The notes: generated by a model not told the origin, from the sequence alone. A DNA stretch of 64,000 bases from an uncultured Chloroflexia bacterium (GCA_963713285.1 CAVQLA010000010.1:7658-71657), one strand, 5' to 3'. Counted from the stretch's first letter, positions 21,126 to 32,132 are shown. A program made the numbers and translations.

Positions 21126-22189
21126 TCAGCGGATGGCCGGCACGAGGGCCGGTTCGGCGACGCGGACGAGCGTCTCCTTCATGAGGAGCGTGACGGTCGC
21201 GATCGTCGTGAACCCCTCCTCCTCGAGGCGGTGTTCCTGGGGTGATTCGTACGTGCGCACCGGGCAGATGACCCCGTGGTCGTGGCCGTGGTCCCGGCGC
21301 TCGGCACGAGCGGCGATGACGCCGAGGCCGAAGCGGACGAGAGGTCCCGCGTCGGCGCCCGGCCGGACGAGGACGCGGAGGTAGTGCGGCTGGTCTTCCT
21401 TGGCGACGCCGACCTGGATGAGGCCGACGGCCGCCGTGGGGTCCGGGGCGCCCTCGGGCGCCTCCTGGAGGAAGGTCTCGACGTCGGCGAAGCGGAGGAT
21501 CGGCGTCAGGCTGGAGCGCGGCATCAGGGAGCCGCTCCCCTGCACCTCCCAGTCCGCGATCCGGTTCATCTCCAGGCGCTGGACGGGGGGCGGGGTGACC
21601 GAGCTGTAGAGCCGGAAGAGCGCGACGGCGTCGGTCTGGCCGGCGGGCCGGATCCCGAGCCGCCCGGCCTCCTCCTCGGTGAGGGGCTGCGGCAGCGGGA
21701 GGTCGGAACGCCGGAAGCAGATCATCTCGTCGCCGTACCGGGCGAACCCGGCCTGCATGAACAGCTCCACGTTGCCGTCCGCGTCGGCGCAGGCGACGTG
21801 GAACCGGGTCGCGCCCCGCCTGGCGACGTCACGCAGGCAGGCCTGCACCAGCCGGTAGCGGATGTCACCGGCGTCGCCGAGCCCGATCGCGTCGAGCTCG
21901 ACGATCGTCCACTCGTCGCGGTGGCCGTCGCGCTCGATGCGGAGCAGGCCGCCGAGGTGACCTTCTTCCTCGTGGACATAGAGCCGGTCGTGCGGCCGGA
22001 AGGCGCCGAGCGGTAGCCGGAACAGGGTGAAGACGCCGATCGGCGGGCCCGCCACCGGGAGGCCGAGCGACCGCGCGCCGGAGCCCTCTGCCTGCGCCAG
22101 GCGCGAGAGCTCCCCCAGCGCCGAGAGGTCGGTCAGGCGCGCCGGCCGGACCTTCCCTGCGCGCCCTGCCGGGCCGATCGACCCGGCGC

Positions 22190-22193
<4 letters not shown>
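21126..22193 (-). CDS. Hypothetical protein with tandem degenerate GNAT-like folds
   Basis: VRPARLTDL and [12 protein letters not shown]-type starts, LFMQAGF and LEEEGF ends; ATG 22193 overlaps a TGA in the neighbouring frame. Confidence 0.6.
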
Positions 22194-22829
<636 letters not shown>

Positions 22830-22866
22830 CGCGGAGCTCCTGCGCGCCCTGCGCGCCGGGCCGTCG

Positions 22867-23754
22867 CTACCAGCCCCGCACCGCGAGGCGCTCGCCCTCG
22901 GGGATCGCCTCCAGCGCGATGCCGCGCATCGGTGCACCCAGCCCCTTGCTGACCTCGGCCAGGATCTTGGGGTTGTCGTAGTGGGTGGTCGCCTGGACGA
23001 TGGCGTTCGCCGTCCGCGCCGGGTCCTCGCTCTTGAAGATGCCGGAGCCGACGAAGACGCCATCCGCCCCCAGCTGCATCGCCAGGGCGGCGTCGGCGGG
23101 CGTCGCGATCCCGCCGGCCACGAAGTTGACGACGGGCAGGGCGCCCGCCGCGGCAACCTCGCGGACGAGCTCGAGCGGGGCACGCAGCTCCTTCGCGGCG
23201 ACGAACAGCTCGTCCTCGCGCATGGAGGCGAGGCGGCGCAGCTCGGCGTTGACGGTCCGGATGTGGCGCACGGCCTCCACGATGTTGCCGGTGCCGGCCT
23301 CGCCCTTGGTCCGGATCATCGCGGCGCCTTCGGAGATGCGCCGCAGCGCCTCGCCGAGGTCGCGGCAGCCGCACACGAACGGCACCTTGAAGGCGTGCTT
23401 GTCGATGTGATTCTCTTCGTCGGCCGGGGTGAGGACCTCGGACTCGTCGATGTAGTCGACGCCGAGGGCCTCGAGGATCTGGGCCTCGACGAAGTGGCCG
23501 ATGCGGGCCTTGGCCATGACCGGGATGCTGACCGCGGCCATGATCCCCTCGATCATCGTCGGGTCGCTCATGCGGGCCACGCCGCCGGCCGCGCGGATGT
23601 CGGCCGGGACGCGCTCGAGCGCCATGACGGCAACGGCGCCGGCGTCCTCGGCGATCTTCGCGTGCTCGGGGGTGACGACGTCCATGATGACGCCGCCCTT
23701 GAGCATCTGGGCGAGCCCCTTCTTGGTGGCCCAGGTGGAGGTCTCGACGGTCAT
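22867..23754 (-). CDS. pdxS: PLP synthase subunit PdxS
   Basis: [68 protein letters not shown]. Confidence 0.98.
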   Translation of the reverse strand: MTVETSTWATKKGLAQMLKGGVIMDVVTPEHAKIAEDAGAVAVMALERVPADIRAAGGVARMSDPTMIEGIMAAVSIPVMAKARIGHFVEAQILEALGVDYIDESEVLTPADEENHIDKHAFKVPFVCGCRDLGEALRRISEGAAMIRTKGEAGTGNIVEAVRHIRTVNAELRRLASMREDELFVAAKELRAPLELVREVAAAGALPVVNFVAGGIATPADAALAMQLGADGVFVGSGIFKSEDPARTANAIVQATTHYDNPKILAEVSKGLGAPMRGIALEAIPEGERLAVRGW

Positions 23755-23862
23755 GTGGTCCCTGGTTCCCTGGTTCGTCCGGGCGGGTGGCTTGGCGCGA
23801 CCGGGCCGCGAGGTCATGCCCGCATGGGTCGCGCCGTCGCCCGCGTGCGTGCTCCGAGTATA
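23755..23862 (-). promoter_or_regulatory. pdxS -10 box (TATACT) and structured 5' leader of about 95 nt
   Basis: TATACT on the minus strand at 23857-23862; nested inverted repeats 23794-23802/23827-23835 and 23780-23785/23838-23843. Confidence 0.5.
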
Positions 23863-23991
23863 GCGGAGGGGTCGCCGGGGCCCGGACGGGTCGCCGTGGA
23901 GCGAGCTCCCGTCCCGGCCGTGCGGGCCGTCCCGCAGCCGGGGTCCGCCGGCTGCCGGTGACGACGATCTCGCGACCGGTAGGCTTGACGC

Positions 23992-24801
23992 GTGCCCGAT
24001 CCATCCTCGGCCGCCGACTCCACCGACAGCGCCGCCCCCGCCGACAGCGCCGCCCCCGCCGGCCCCGGCGCCCCCGCAACTCTCGTTGCTCCTGCCGCCC
24101 TCGCAACGCTGGGCACCGAGATCGCCGCCTGTCGTGCCTGCCCGCGCCTGGTCGCGTGGCGCGAGGCCGCGGCGGCCGACCCGCCGGCGCGGTTCCGCGG
24201 CGAGCCCTACTGGGCCCGGCCGGTTCCAGGCTTCGGCGATCCGGCCGCACGGATCCTGCTGCTGGGACTGGCGCCGGCGAAGGACGGCGGCAACCGGACC
24301 GGCCGCGTCTTCACGGGCGACCGCAGCGGCGACTTCCTCTTCGCGGCGCTCCATCGCGCCGGGCTGGCGAACCAGCCGACGTCGCTCGGCCGCGAGGACG
24401 GGTTGGAGCTCCGGGGCGCGTACGTTGCGGCCGCCGTCCGCTGCGCGCCCCCGGCCAACAAGCCGCTCCCCGGCGAGCGCGACCGCTGCGCCCCGTACCT
24501 CCTCCGCGAGATGGCCCTCTTGACGGAGCTCAGGGTGATCGTCGCCCTCGGCGCCTTCGCGTGGGACGCGGCGCTGCGGGCAGTGGAGCCAGGTGGCGGC
24601 CCGCTCCTCGGCCCGCGTCCGCGGTTCGGCCATGGCGCCGAGGCGCGCGTCGGCCCGATCACGCTCCTCGGCGCCTACCACCCGAGCCAGCAGAACACCT
24701 TCACCGGTCGCCTGACACCGGCGATGCTCGATGGCGTGCTGGAGCGAGCGCTCGAGCTGGCTATCGCGAACCCCGCGCAGGCCATCCCGCACCGCACCTG
24801 A
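23992..24801 (+). CDS. udgB: Uracil-DNA glycosylase family 5 (4Fe-4S)
   Basis: [57 protein letters not shown]. Confidence 0.92.
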   Translation: MPDPSSAADSTDSAAPADSAAPAGPGAPATLVAPAALATLGTEIAACRACPRLVAWREAAAADPPARFRGEPYWARPVPGFGDPAARILLLGLAPAKDGGNRTGRVFTGDRSGDFLFAALHRAGLANQPTSLGREDGLELRGAYVAAAVRCAPPANKPLPGERDRCAPYLLREMALLTELRVIVALGAFAWDAALRAVEPGGGPLLGPRPRFGHGAEARVGPITLLGAYHPSQQNTFTGRLTPAMLDGVLERALELAIANPAQAIPHRT

Positions 24802-24900
24802 AGAGTGCGGGCGCGACGCCACCCGCAGTCTGCCCGGCAGCTCCGTCGGGGAGGCGGCGGGCCCCGCGCGAACGCCGCCCGACGTGACAGTTGGCTCTAG

Positions 24901-24931
24901 CGTCTGTATATGGTTCACACATATAAAGACG
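24901..24931. promoter_or_regulatory. AT-rich palindromic operator upstream of hemerythrin-padR
   Basis: CGTCTGTATATG-GTTCACA-CATATAAAGACG (12-bp arms, 1 mismatch), overlapping a possible GTGACA-N17-TATATG promoter. Confidence 0.7.
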
Positions 24932-25021
24932 AATGGAGAACCGCCACGGGCAGCCGCTCCTGGATCGAGCCCGCGAGCTGGAAGGGCTCGCGTGGCGCAG
25001 CGACACGCCGAGGAGGCTGGG

Positions 25022-25516
25022 ATGACCGTCAACCTGCCGCGAGTGGCCCACGAGCACCACGAGCGGCTCATGCACCACGTGGAGGAGATGCCGGCCGTCG
25101 GGAAGCTGATGCTGACCGCCCCGATGAAGGACCTGAAGCCGCGCCTGGCGGAGATGGACGCCTGGCTCACCGGGCTCCTGATCCCGCACATGGAGGCGGC
25201 CGAGGCCACGCTGTACCCCGAGCTGGATCGGATGCTGCAGGACCCACACTCGATGACGCCGATGCGGCGGGAGCACGAGGAGATCCGGCGCCTCGTCGCT
25301 GACTTCTCGCGCCTCCTGAAGGCCCTCGGCGACGAGCAGCCCCACGTCGGCAAGACGCTGGCCCTGCGGCGCGTTCTGTTCCGGCTCTACGCCCTGCTCG
25401 AGATTCACCTCGCCGAGGAGGAGGTGTTCATCCCCATCGTCAAGCATGGCGTGACCGACGACGCGGCCGAGGTGCTGGCGGCCGCGCTGAAGCATCCGGG
25501 CATCCCGGAAGGGTGA
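25022..25516 (+). CDS. Hemerythrin-like (HHE) domain protein
   Basis: HEHH...PHMEAAE..LYP...EH...HLAEEE (H/HxxxE/H/HxxxE ligands); SD GAGGAGG. Confidence 0.85.
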   Translation: MTVNLPRVAHEHHERLMHHVEEMPAVGKLMLTAPMKDLKPRLAEMDAWLTGLLIPHMEAAEATLYPELDRMLQDPHSMTPMRREHEEIRRLVADFSRLLKALGDEQPHVGKTLALRRVLFRLYALLEIHLAEEEVFIPIVKHGVTDDAAEVLAAALKHPGIPEG

Positions 25517-25596
25517 CGGGGCGAGCGATCGCCGGGCGGTCACGGCGCCCGGCGGCGATCCTCCCGGAGCTGACGCACGTCTCGAGCGGGTGGGTG

Positions 25597-26046
25597 ATGG
25601 CAGAGACCGAGGAGACCATGGGCGCGGCGAGCGACGCGCTCGCGTCCGATCGCGATGACGCGGGGACGCCGGTCCACCGTGGCTGGGCGCCGCTGGGCGG
25701 CCGGCATCGCTGGATGGAGCCATTCGTGCTCGTGGTCCTCGCCACCACGGGCGCCCACGGCTATGCCATCACGGGCGAGCTCGAGGAGATGGGGATCACC
25801 GGCGGCGCCGTGGATGTCGGACAGGTGTACCGGACGCTCCGCGACCTCGAGGCGTCCGGGTGCGTGACCTCCACCTGGTCGACGGAGGCGGTCGGGCCGC
25901 AGCGCCGGGAGTACGAGCTGACGGCGGCCGGCTACGCGGCGCTCGACGAGTGGGCGGCGGTGATGAAGGAGCGCGCGCGCCTCATCGGCGAGTTCGACGG
26001 CCGCTACCTCGACGCGGTCGCGCGCCCGCGCACGCCGAGGGCGTGA
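25597..26046 (+). CDS. PadR-family transcriptional regulator
   Basis: HGYAI...L, G.VYRTLRDLE..G.V.S.W, GP.RR.Y.LT..G. Confidence 0.9.
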   Translation: MAETEETMGAASDALASDRDDAGTPVHRGWAPLGGRHRWMEPFVLVVLATTGAHGYAITGELEEMGITGGAVDVGQVYRTLRDLEASGCVTSTWSTEAVGPQRREYELTAAGYAALDEWAAVMKERARLIGEFDGRYLDAVARPRTPRA

Positions 26047-26070
26047 TCGCGCGCACCTGGTCGCGCGCTC

Positions 26071-26562
26071 CTACAGCGGCTCCGCCATCGCGTGCTCGAT
26101 GCCCCGCGCCAGCTCGTCCTTCTCCGCCTCGGTCAGGCTGCCCTCGAGAACGCGCAGGTAGAGCTCCTCCTCGGCCAGGTGGACGCGCAGCAGCGCGTGG
26201 AGCCGGTAGAGCGCCCGGCGCAGACCCATCGCCTCGGCGACCCCCAGGCGCCCGGTCGTGACGAGGTCGTGGTACTGGCCGGTCGTCTCGATCAGGCGCC
26301 GGAGCTCCGCGTGCTCGCGCCGCATGGGGGCCATCGAGTGCCGCCCGGCCATCAGGCGCTCCAGCTCGCCGTAGAGCGTCGTCTCGATCGCCTCCATGTG
26401 CGGCACGAGCTGCCCGACAATGAAGCGGTGCTCGGCCTCGCAGGCCTCGAGGAACGCCGGGGTGATCCCGTCGTCGATCATCCGGGCGAGCTCGGCCAGC
26501 CGGTCCACGTGCACGAGCAGGCGATCATGGTGCTCGTGACTGGCCCGGGCGAGGGGGTCCAT
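26071..26562 (-). CDS. Hemerythrin-like (HHE) protein, paralog of 25022..25516
   Basis: HEHH...PHMEAIE..LY...HSM.PMRREH...LRR.L.RL.ALL..HLAEEE. Confidence 0.85.
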   Translation of the reverse strand: MDPLARASHEHHDRLLVHVDRLAELARMIDDGITPAFLEACEAEHRFIVGQLVPHMEAIETTLYGELERLMAGRHSMAPMRREHAELRRLIETTGQYHDLVTTGRLGVAEAMGLRRALYRLHALLRVHLAEEELYLRVLEGSLTEAEKDELARGIEHAMAEPL

Positions 26563-26658
26563 GGCGCCGATGGTACGCCGGGGCGCCGGGCCGCGCGGGC
26601 CGGGCGACCTCGTGCGGCTGGCTGCCGCGCCCGGAGAGCCGCGGCGCCCGGGTCCGCT

Positions 26659-27429
26659 CTACAGGCGAGCGAACCTGACGCCGAGGAGGTCGCACAGCGC
26701 GTGAACGCCGGTCGTGCCGGCGATCCCGACGCGGGTCCTCGGCTGGGCGGCGGCGGCAGAAGGCGGGACGAGCCGGATCCCGTGCTCGCCGACCCGCGTC
26801 TCGCGCTCGCCGGGGACCGCCCCCGCGCCGGGCGGCACGGCGACCCCGACCGTCAGCCGATAGGCCTCGGCCGTCGCCGCAGGGTCGGGCACCTCGAGCT
26901 CGAGGCCGATCAGGCGGGCGGAGCCGCCGAACGGGTGCACGAACGTCGCGCGGGAGCGGCGGGCCTCGTCTCCCCACTCCGGCCCGGCCAGCTCGTGCTC
27001 GATGAGGAACGGCGGCAGCGCAGGTCCGACCGCGGGAGGGAAGGCGCACTGCCAGGCGACGACGCCGCCGTCCGGCCGCGTGCGCGAGCCGGCGGTCGCA
27101 TCGGAGATCGGCGACCCGGCGGCCCGCAGCGCCATGACCTCGCGGCGGGCGCCGTCGGTGGCGAGGGCATAGGTGACCAGGCCGGGACGCCCGGCATCGA
27201 GCGCGTGGACCACGGCGGCTCCGATCGGGTGGCCGAGCGCCAGCGCGCGGTCCCAGACCCCGATCAGCTCGAGGTATGCGTCGCCCAGGTGGACGAGCCG
27301 GTTGTGCGTGCCGACGGCCGCGTGGCGCCCACCCCCGGTCGCGGCCAGCCCGAGCGCCGCCTCGAGCTCGGCGGCGGCCTCGTCGGGGTCGCCGACGGCG
27401 ATGACGAGGTGATCGATCCCGAGGAGCAT
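26659..27429 (-). CDS. VOC family protein (Glyoxalase_3)
   Basis: IDHLVIAV.D, GGRH...GTHNRL, YLELI, R.RPDG...W, PFLIE. Confidence 0.88.
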   Translation of the reverse strand: MLLGIDHLVIAVGDPDEAAAELEAALGLAATGGGRHAAVGTHNRLVHLGDAYLELIGVWDRALALGHPIGAAVVHALDAGRPGLVTYALATDGARREVMALRAAGSPISDATAGSRTRPDGGVVAWQCAFPPAVGPALPPFLIEHELAGPEWGDEARRSRATFVHPFGGSARLIGLELEVPDPAATAEAYRLTVGVAVPPGAGAVPGERETRVGEHGIRLVPPSAAAAQPRTRVGIAGTTGVHALCDLLGVRFARL

Positions 27430-27485
27430 GGCGGCAGGGTACGCGGACCGGCCCACCGGACGCACGCTCCGGCCGTCGCCGCGTC

Positions 27486-27553
27486 CCGATCCGACGCTGT
27501 TGCCCAGATCCGACGCTGTTGCCCAGATCCGACGCTCTGCCCAGATCCGACGA
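27486..27553. repeat. About 19-bp tandem repeat, about 3.6 copies, between divergent promoters
   Basis: (CCA)GATCCGACGCTGTTGC repeated; third copy is GATCCGACGCTCTGC. Confidence 0.85.
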
Positions 27554-27573
27554 TTTCGCTACCCTGTGCGGCG

Positions 27574-28089
27574 ATGCTTGCCTGGTTCGTCTTCTGGATC
27601 GTCGTCGCCGTCGTGACGTTCGGCGTGTGCATGTTCGCGATCCGCTACCGCCACATTCATCCTGGGTTGATCCTCGCGGCCCTCGACACGTTCGGTCTCG
27701 TCGTCGCCTCGTACCTCGCGATCGTCGAGCTCTCGGGCAGCATCCCGGTCTGCGGCCCGCTCGTGGGCTGCGAGGAGGTGGCCAAGAGCGAGTACGCCTG
27801 GATCGGGCCCATCCCGGTGGCGGTCTTCGGCGTCGGGCTGTCGCTCATCCTCCTGGCCGCCGCCCTCGGCTGGTGGAAGACCGGCGACCGGCGGCTGCTC
27901 GCGGTCCACTACGGGCTCAGCCTCCTCGGCGTCACCTTCGAGGCCTGGTTCATGTTCGCCCAGGTCTTCCTCATCGAGGCCGTCTGCGTCTGGTGCACGG
28001 CGTACGGGATCAGCCTGATCCTCCGGTTCCTGATCGCGCTCATCGTCTGGCTGCGCCGCGACGAGGTCCCCCAGGGCGCCGCCTGGTAG
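27574..28089 (+). CDS. Vitamin K epoxide reductase (VKOR) family membrane protein
   Basis: Loop cysteines CGPLVGC, S.YA..G.IPVA.FG, active site CVWC. Confidence 0.9.
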   Translation: MLAWFVFWIVVAVVTFGVCMFAIRYRHIHPGLILAALDTFGLVVASYLAIVELSGSIPVCGPLVGCEEVAKSEYAWIGPIPVAVFGVGLSLILLAAALGWWKTGDRRLLAVHYGLSLLGVTFEAWFMFAQVFLIEAVCVWCTAYGISLILRFLIALIVWLRRDEVPQGAAW

Positions 28090-28095
28090 CGAAAC

Positions 28096-28149
28096 CGGAC
28101 CCGCCCGAACCCGCGCCCGGACTCGCGCCCGAACCCGCGCCCGGACCCC
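28096..28149. repeat. Degenerate 12-bp tandem repeat
   Basis: CCG(G/A)AC(C/T)CGCGC units, about 4.5 copies. Confidence 0.6.
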
Positions 28150-28198
28150 GAGCGAGGAGGAACGGTCCGCCGTCACCTCCTGCTACGATCGCGCCACC

Positions 28199-28714
28199 AT
28201 GGACGGTGTCGTGCTCGTGCTGAACCAGAACTACGAGCCACTCAACGTCTGCAACCTGCCGCGCGCCTTCAGGCTCCTCTTCGGTGCGAAGGCAGAGGTC
28301 GTCGAGTACGACCACCAGACGATCAGGACGCCGCGTGCGGCGTACCGCGCCCCGTCCGTGATCCGCCTCCAGCACCACGTCCGGCGCCCGCGCCCCCGCG
28401 TCCGCCTGAGCCGGCGCGAGGTGTTCGCCCGCGACAAGCACACCTGCCAGTACTGCGGCCGGCAGGGCCACGACCTGACCCTGGACCACGTGGTGCCGCG
28501 CCACCGCGGCGGCAGCCACACGTGGGAGAACCTCGTGACGGCGTGCAAGGTGTGCAACCACCGGAAGGGCGGCCGGACCCCCGACGAGGCGCGCGTCCGC
28601 CTCCTTCGCCCGCCGTACGAGCCGCGGAGCGACGTCTACTCCCTCTTCACGCCCTACCTCGCCGACGAGCGCAACGGGGTCTGGCGGGGATACCTCTTCC
28701 TGGGCTCGAACTGA
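28199..28714 (+). CDS. HNH endonuclease (McrA-like)
   Basis: [51 protein letters not shown]. Confidence 0.93.
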   Translation: MDGVVLVLNQNYEPLNVCNLPRAFRLLFGAKAEVVEYDHQTIRTPRAAYRAPSVIRLQHHVRRPRPRVRLSRREVFARDKHTCQYCGRQGHDLTLDHVVPRHRGGSHTWENLVTACKVCNHRKGGRTPDEARVRLLRPPYEPRSDVYSLFTPYLADERNGVWRGYLFLGSN

Positions 28715-30138
28715 CGGCCGGACCGCTGGCACCGCTCGACCCGCACGCCGCTCCACCGGCGATCCCGGCCGGCATCCGCTCGCTCGCGCGCGGCCTGCAC
28801 GCCGCCGGGCACGAGGCCCACCTCGTCGGCGGCTGCGTGCGCGACCTGCTGCGCGGCGTCCCGCCGCTCGACTGGGACCTCGCCACCGATGCCCGGCCCG
28901 ACCGGCTCCTGGCGCTCTTCCCCGGGGCGCGCTACGAGAACCGCTTCGGGACGGTGGCGGTGCCGCTCCCCGACGGGACGCACGAGGTCACCACCTTCCG
29001 GCGGGACGGCACCTACTCCGACCACCGCCGGCCCGACGACGTCACCTTCGGCGACACGCTGGACGAGGACCTCGCGCGCCGGGACTTCACGGTGAACGCC
29101 CTGGCGATCCCGCTCGACGCGGACGGGGTGCCGGGCGACCTGGTCGACCGGGTCGGCGGCCGGGCCGACCTGGCCGCCGGCGTGCTGCGGGCCGTCGGCG
29201 ACCCACGGGAGCGGTTCCGGGAGGACGCCCTGCGGATGCTCCGGGCGGTGAGGCTCGCCGCGACGCTCGGGTTCGTCGTGGAGCCCGCGACCCGCGACGC
29301 GATCGCCTCGGAGGCAGCGCTGGCGGCTCACGTCTCCGGGGAGCGCACCTTCGCCGAGCTGGTGCGGCTGCTGAGGGCCGCGCGGCCCTCGGTGGGACTC
29401 GGGATCGCGGAGGACACCCGGCTGCTCGCGGTGATCGCCCCGGAGCTGGCGCGGCAGCGCGGCATCCCGCAGGCGAAGACCGCCGGCGAGGACCTCTGGG
29501 ACCACACCTGCCGGACGGTCGACGCAGCCTCCGCCGAGCTCGTGGACGACCTCCCGCTCGCGCGGGTGGCGGCGCTGGTCCACGACATCGGCAAGCCGGC
29601 CACGTTCGCCGACGGCCACTTCGTGGGCCACGACATCGTCGGCGCCGAGCTCGCGACGGCGTGGCTGGAGCGACTCCGGGCGCCGCGGGCCTTCACCGGC
29701 CGCGTCGCCAACCTCGTCCGGCACCACATGTTCTCGTACGGCGCGGAGTGGTCGGACGCCGCCGTCAGGCGCTTCATCCGCCGGGTCGGCCTGGCCGACC
29801 TGGCGCTGCTCATCGACCTGCGGGCGGCCGACAACGTGGGCAGCGGCCTGGCGGCGGACGTCGACGGGCTCGAGGAGCTGCGGGCGCGCTGCCGCGCCCA
29901 GGTTGCCGCCCACGTCGCGCTCGCCCGGGGCGACCTCGCGGTGGACGGCGACGACCTCATGCGTGCGCTCGGGATCGCGCCCGGGCCGGCCGTCGGGCGC
30001 CTCCTCGACGAGCTGCTGGAGCGCGTCCTCGCGGATCCGATGCTCAACCAGCGGGACCGGCTCCTGGCGCTGGCCCGGCAGATCGCGGCAGGCGCGAACG
30101 ACGCGGCCGGCGCGAGCGACGCGGCGGGCCGCTCGTGA
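28711..30138 (+). CDS. cca: CCA tRNA nucleotidyltransferase with HD domain (start uncertain)
   Basis: [49 protein letters not shown]. Confidence 0.92.
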   Translation: MTAGPLAPLDPHAAPPAIPAGIRSLARGLHAAGHEAHLVGGCVRDLLRGVPPLDWDLATDARPDRLLALFPGARYENRFGTVAVPLPDGTHEVTTFRRDGTYSDHRRPDDVTFGDTLDEDLARRDFTVNALAIPLDADGVPGDLVDRVGGRADLAAGVLRAVGDPRERFREDALRMLRAVRLAATLGFVVEPATRDAIASEAALAAHVSGERTFAELVRLLRAARPSVGLGIAEDTRLLAVIAPELARQRGIPQAKTAGEDLWDHTCRTVDAASAELVDDLPLARVAALVHDIGKPATFADGHFVGHDIVGAELATAWLERLRAPRAFTGRVANLVRHHMFSYGAEWSDAAVRRFIRRVGLADLALLIDLRAADNVGSGLAADVDGLEELRARCRAQVAAHVALARGDLAVDGDDLMRALGIAPGPAVGRLLDELLERVLADPMLNQRDRLLALARQIAAGANDAAGASDAAGRS

Positions 30139-30572
30139 TCGAGCTCCTGCTGGCGGCCGAGAACCTGCTGGCGCTGGGCCTGCTCGACCAGGCCGAGCGA
30201 ACCTTCCGCCAGGTGCTCGACGCCGACCCATGCAACGGGATCGCCGCCGTTGGGCTCGCGCGGGTTGCGCTGGAGCGCGGTGACGACGCCGGCGCCCTGG
30301 CCCTCGCCCGGGCTGCCCTGGAGATCGACCCGGAGAACGCGACGGCGCGCCGGATGGTCGAGCGCCTCGACGAGGTCGCGCGCTACCGGGAGGCCGCCGC
30401 CGCCGAGGCCGCCGCTGCCCTCGCTTCTCCCGCCGCCCCCGTCGCCCTCGCTGCCCCCGCCCCCGCTTCCCCCGCCGTCTCCGTCGCCCCGGCCTCCGTC
30501 GCCCCCACCACCCCACCCCACCCCATCCCCACGCGCCCGGGACTCCTGCGGCGCCTGCTCCGGAGGACCTGA
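30135..30572 (+). CDS. Small TPR protein with Ala/Pro-rich tail
   Basis: Two TPR-like units ([17 protein letters not shown]; A..ALEIDPEN); GTGA overlap with cca. Confidence 0.78.
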   Translation: MIELLLAAENLLALGLLDQAERTFRQVLDADPCNGIAAVGLARVALERGDDAGALALARAALEIDPENATARRMVERLDEVARYREAAAAEAAAALASPAAPVALAAPAPASPAVSVAPASVAPTTPPHPIPTRPGLLRRLLRRT

Positions 30573-31582
30573 TGCGCGTGCTCGTGACCGGCGGTGCCGG
30601 CTACGTCGGATCCATCTCCGTTGAAGCGCTCGCGGCCGCCGGCCACGAGGTGACCGTCCTCGACGACCTGAGCAAGGGCCACCGCGCGGCCGTCGTCGCG
30701 GGCGCCCACCTCGTCGAGGGCAGCTACGGCGACCCGGCCGGCCTTCGCGCCCTCCTCGCCGCGAACCCCGTCGATGCAGTTCTCCACTGCGCCGCGCGGT
30801 CGCTCGTCGGGGAGTCGGTGGCCGACCCGGCGCTCTACTACCGGGAGAACGTCGCCGGCGGCGTCACGCTCCTCGAGGGTCTCCGCGAGGCCGGCGTCCG
30901 GCGCCTCGTCTTCAGCTCGACGGCTGCCGTCTACGGCGTCCCGGAGAGCATCCCGATCCGCGAGGACGCCGCGCTCACGCCGATCAACCCGTACGGGGAG
31001 ACGAAGCGGACGTTCGAGGGCGCGCTGCGCTGGTATGCCGCCGCCTACGGGCTGCGCAGCATCAGCCTGCGCTACTTCAACGTGGCCGGCGCGTCCGAGC
31101 GCAACGGCGAGGTGCACGAGCCGGAGACGCACCTGATCCCCAACGTCCTGGCCGCGGTGGAGGGGCGCGCCGACCTGACGGTCTTCGGGACCGACTACCC
31201 GACGCCGGACGGCACCTGCATCCGCGACTACATTCACGTCGAGGATCTCGCCCGGGCCCACCTGCTCGCCCTCGAGGCGACCGCGCCAGACGACGCGCGC
31301 ACGGCCGGGGCCGACGGGAACGCGGCGGCCCTCGCCCTCAACCTGGGGAACGGCGGCGGCTTCAGCGTCCGCGAGGTCCTGGCAGCTGCCGAGGCGGCGA
31401 CCGGACGGCCGGTCCCGCACCACGTGGGGCCGCGACGGGCCGGCGACCCGCCCGTGCTCGTGGCGGACGCGGGTCGAGCCCGCGAGGTGCTGGGCTGGCA
31501 GCCGGCGCATCCCGACCTCGCGGAGATCGTCGCCTCGGCCTGGGCCTGGCGCGCGGCGCACCCGGCGGGGTACGGCCGCTAG
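30572..31582 (+). CDS. galE: UDP-glucose 4-epimerase
   Basis: VTGGAGYVGS, SLVGESV, FSSTAAVYG, PINPYGETK, RYFNVAGA, PTPDGTCIRDYIHV. Confidence 0.97.
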   Translation: MRVLVTGGAGYVGSISVEALAAAGHEVTVLDDLSKGHRAAVVAGAHLVEGSYGDPAGLRALLAANPVDAVLHCAARSLVGESVADPALYYRENVAGGVTLLEGLREAGVRRLVFSSTAAVYGVPESIPIREDAALTPINPYGETKRTFEGALRWYAAAYGLRSISLRYFNVAGASERNGEVHEPETHLIPNVLAAVEGRADLTVFGTDYPTPDGTCIRDYIHVEDLARAHLLALEATAPDDARTAGADGNAAALALNLGNGGGFSVREVLAAAEAATGRPVPHHVGPRRAGDPPVLVADAGRAREVLGWQPAHPDLAEIVASAWAWRAAHPAGYGR

Positions 31583-31779
31583 GCCGACGCCGGACGTCGA
31601 CGGCGGAGGCCTCCCTGTCCCGTGCGCGGCCCGACAACCAAATCGAAACGCAATGGGCCCCGGCGCGGTACTGACCCCACGGCCCGCGGCGTCTACCTTC
31701 GAAGCCTCGGGGAGTGTCCCGCGGCGCGTGCCGCGCCACCCCCTCTGCAGGGCAACCCAGGAGCGAGGACGCCGTCGCC

Positions 31780-32028
31780 ATGACCGCCATCGATCTCATC
31801 CCCTCCAACTACTCCCGCGGCTTCGGGTCGCCGACCGCGACCGCGACCCGCGTCAGCAGCGAGACGGTCGTGTGCGACGCCTGTGGCTGCCGGCTCACCA
31901 CCCGCGAGTCCGCCGACGACGCCGGCTTCACGGGCGCCCGCAGCTGGTACCACTTCGTCGGGTCCGCCGGGCGTGACGCGCGCGGCTGCGCCCTCGCCTG
32001 CGCCGACGCCGGGCACGAGATCGCCTGA
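31780..32028 (+). CDS. Small (82 aa) Cys/His-rich hypothetical protein
   Basis: CDACGCRL...WYHF...RDARGC...C...H; SD-like GAGGA upstream, hairpins downstream. Confidence 0.65.
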   Translation: MTAIDLIPSNYSRGFGSPTATATRVSSETVVCDACGCRLTTRESADDAGFTGARSWYHFVGSAGRDARGCALACADAGHEIA

Positions 32029-32066
32029 TCCCGCGGCCCGCGGGGCCGCCCTCCACGCCATCAGCT

Positions 32067-32094
32067 CGACGCCCCGGCCCCTGCCGGGGCGTCG
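32067..32094. terminator. Perfect 12-bp hairpin between convergent genes
   Basis: CGACGCCCCGGC-CCCT-GCCGGGGCGTCG. Confidence 0.65.
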
Positions 32095-32132
32095 TCGTGT
32101 CCGCCCGGGACGGGCCCGTGGCGGCGGCGGCG

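Noticed and set aside
27486-27553. Possible mini-CRISPR array
   Set aside because: Units are adjacent with no unique spacers and are too short; no cas genes in the window.
28199-28714. HNH nuclease as a homing or defence element
   Set aside because: Matches the widespread standalone McrA-like family in a housekeeping operon; no intron, methylase or mobile context.
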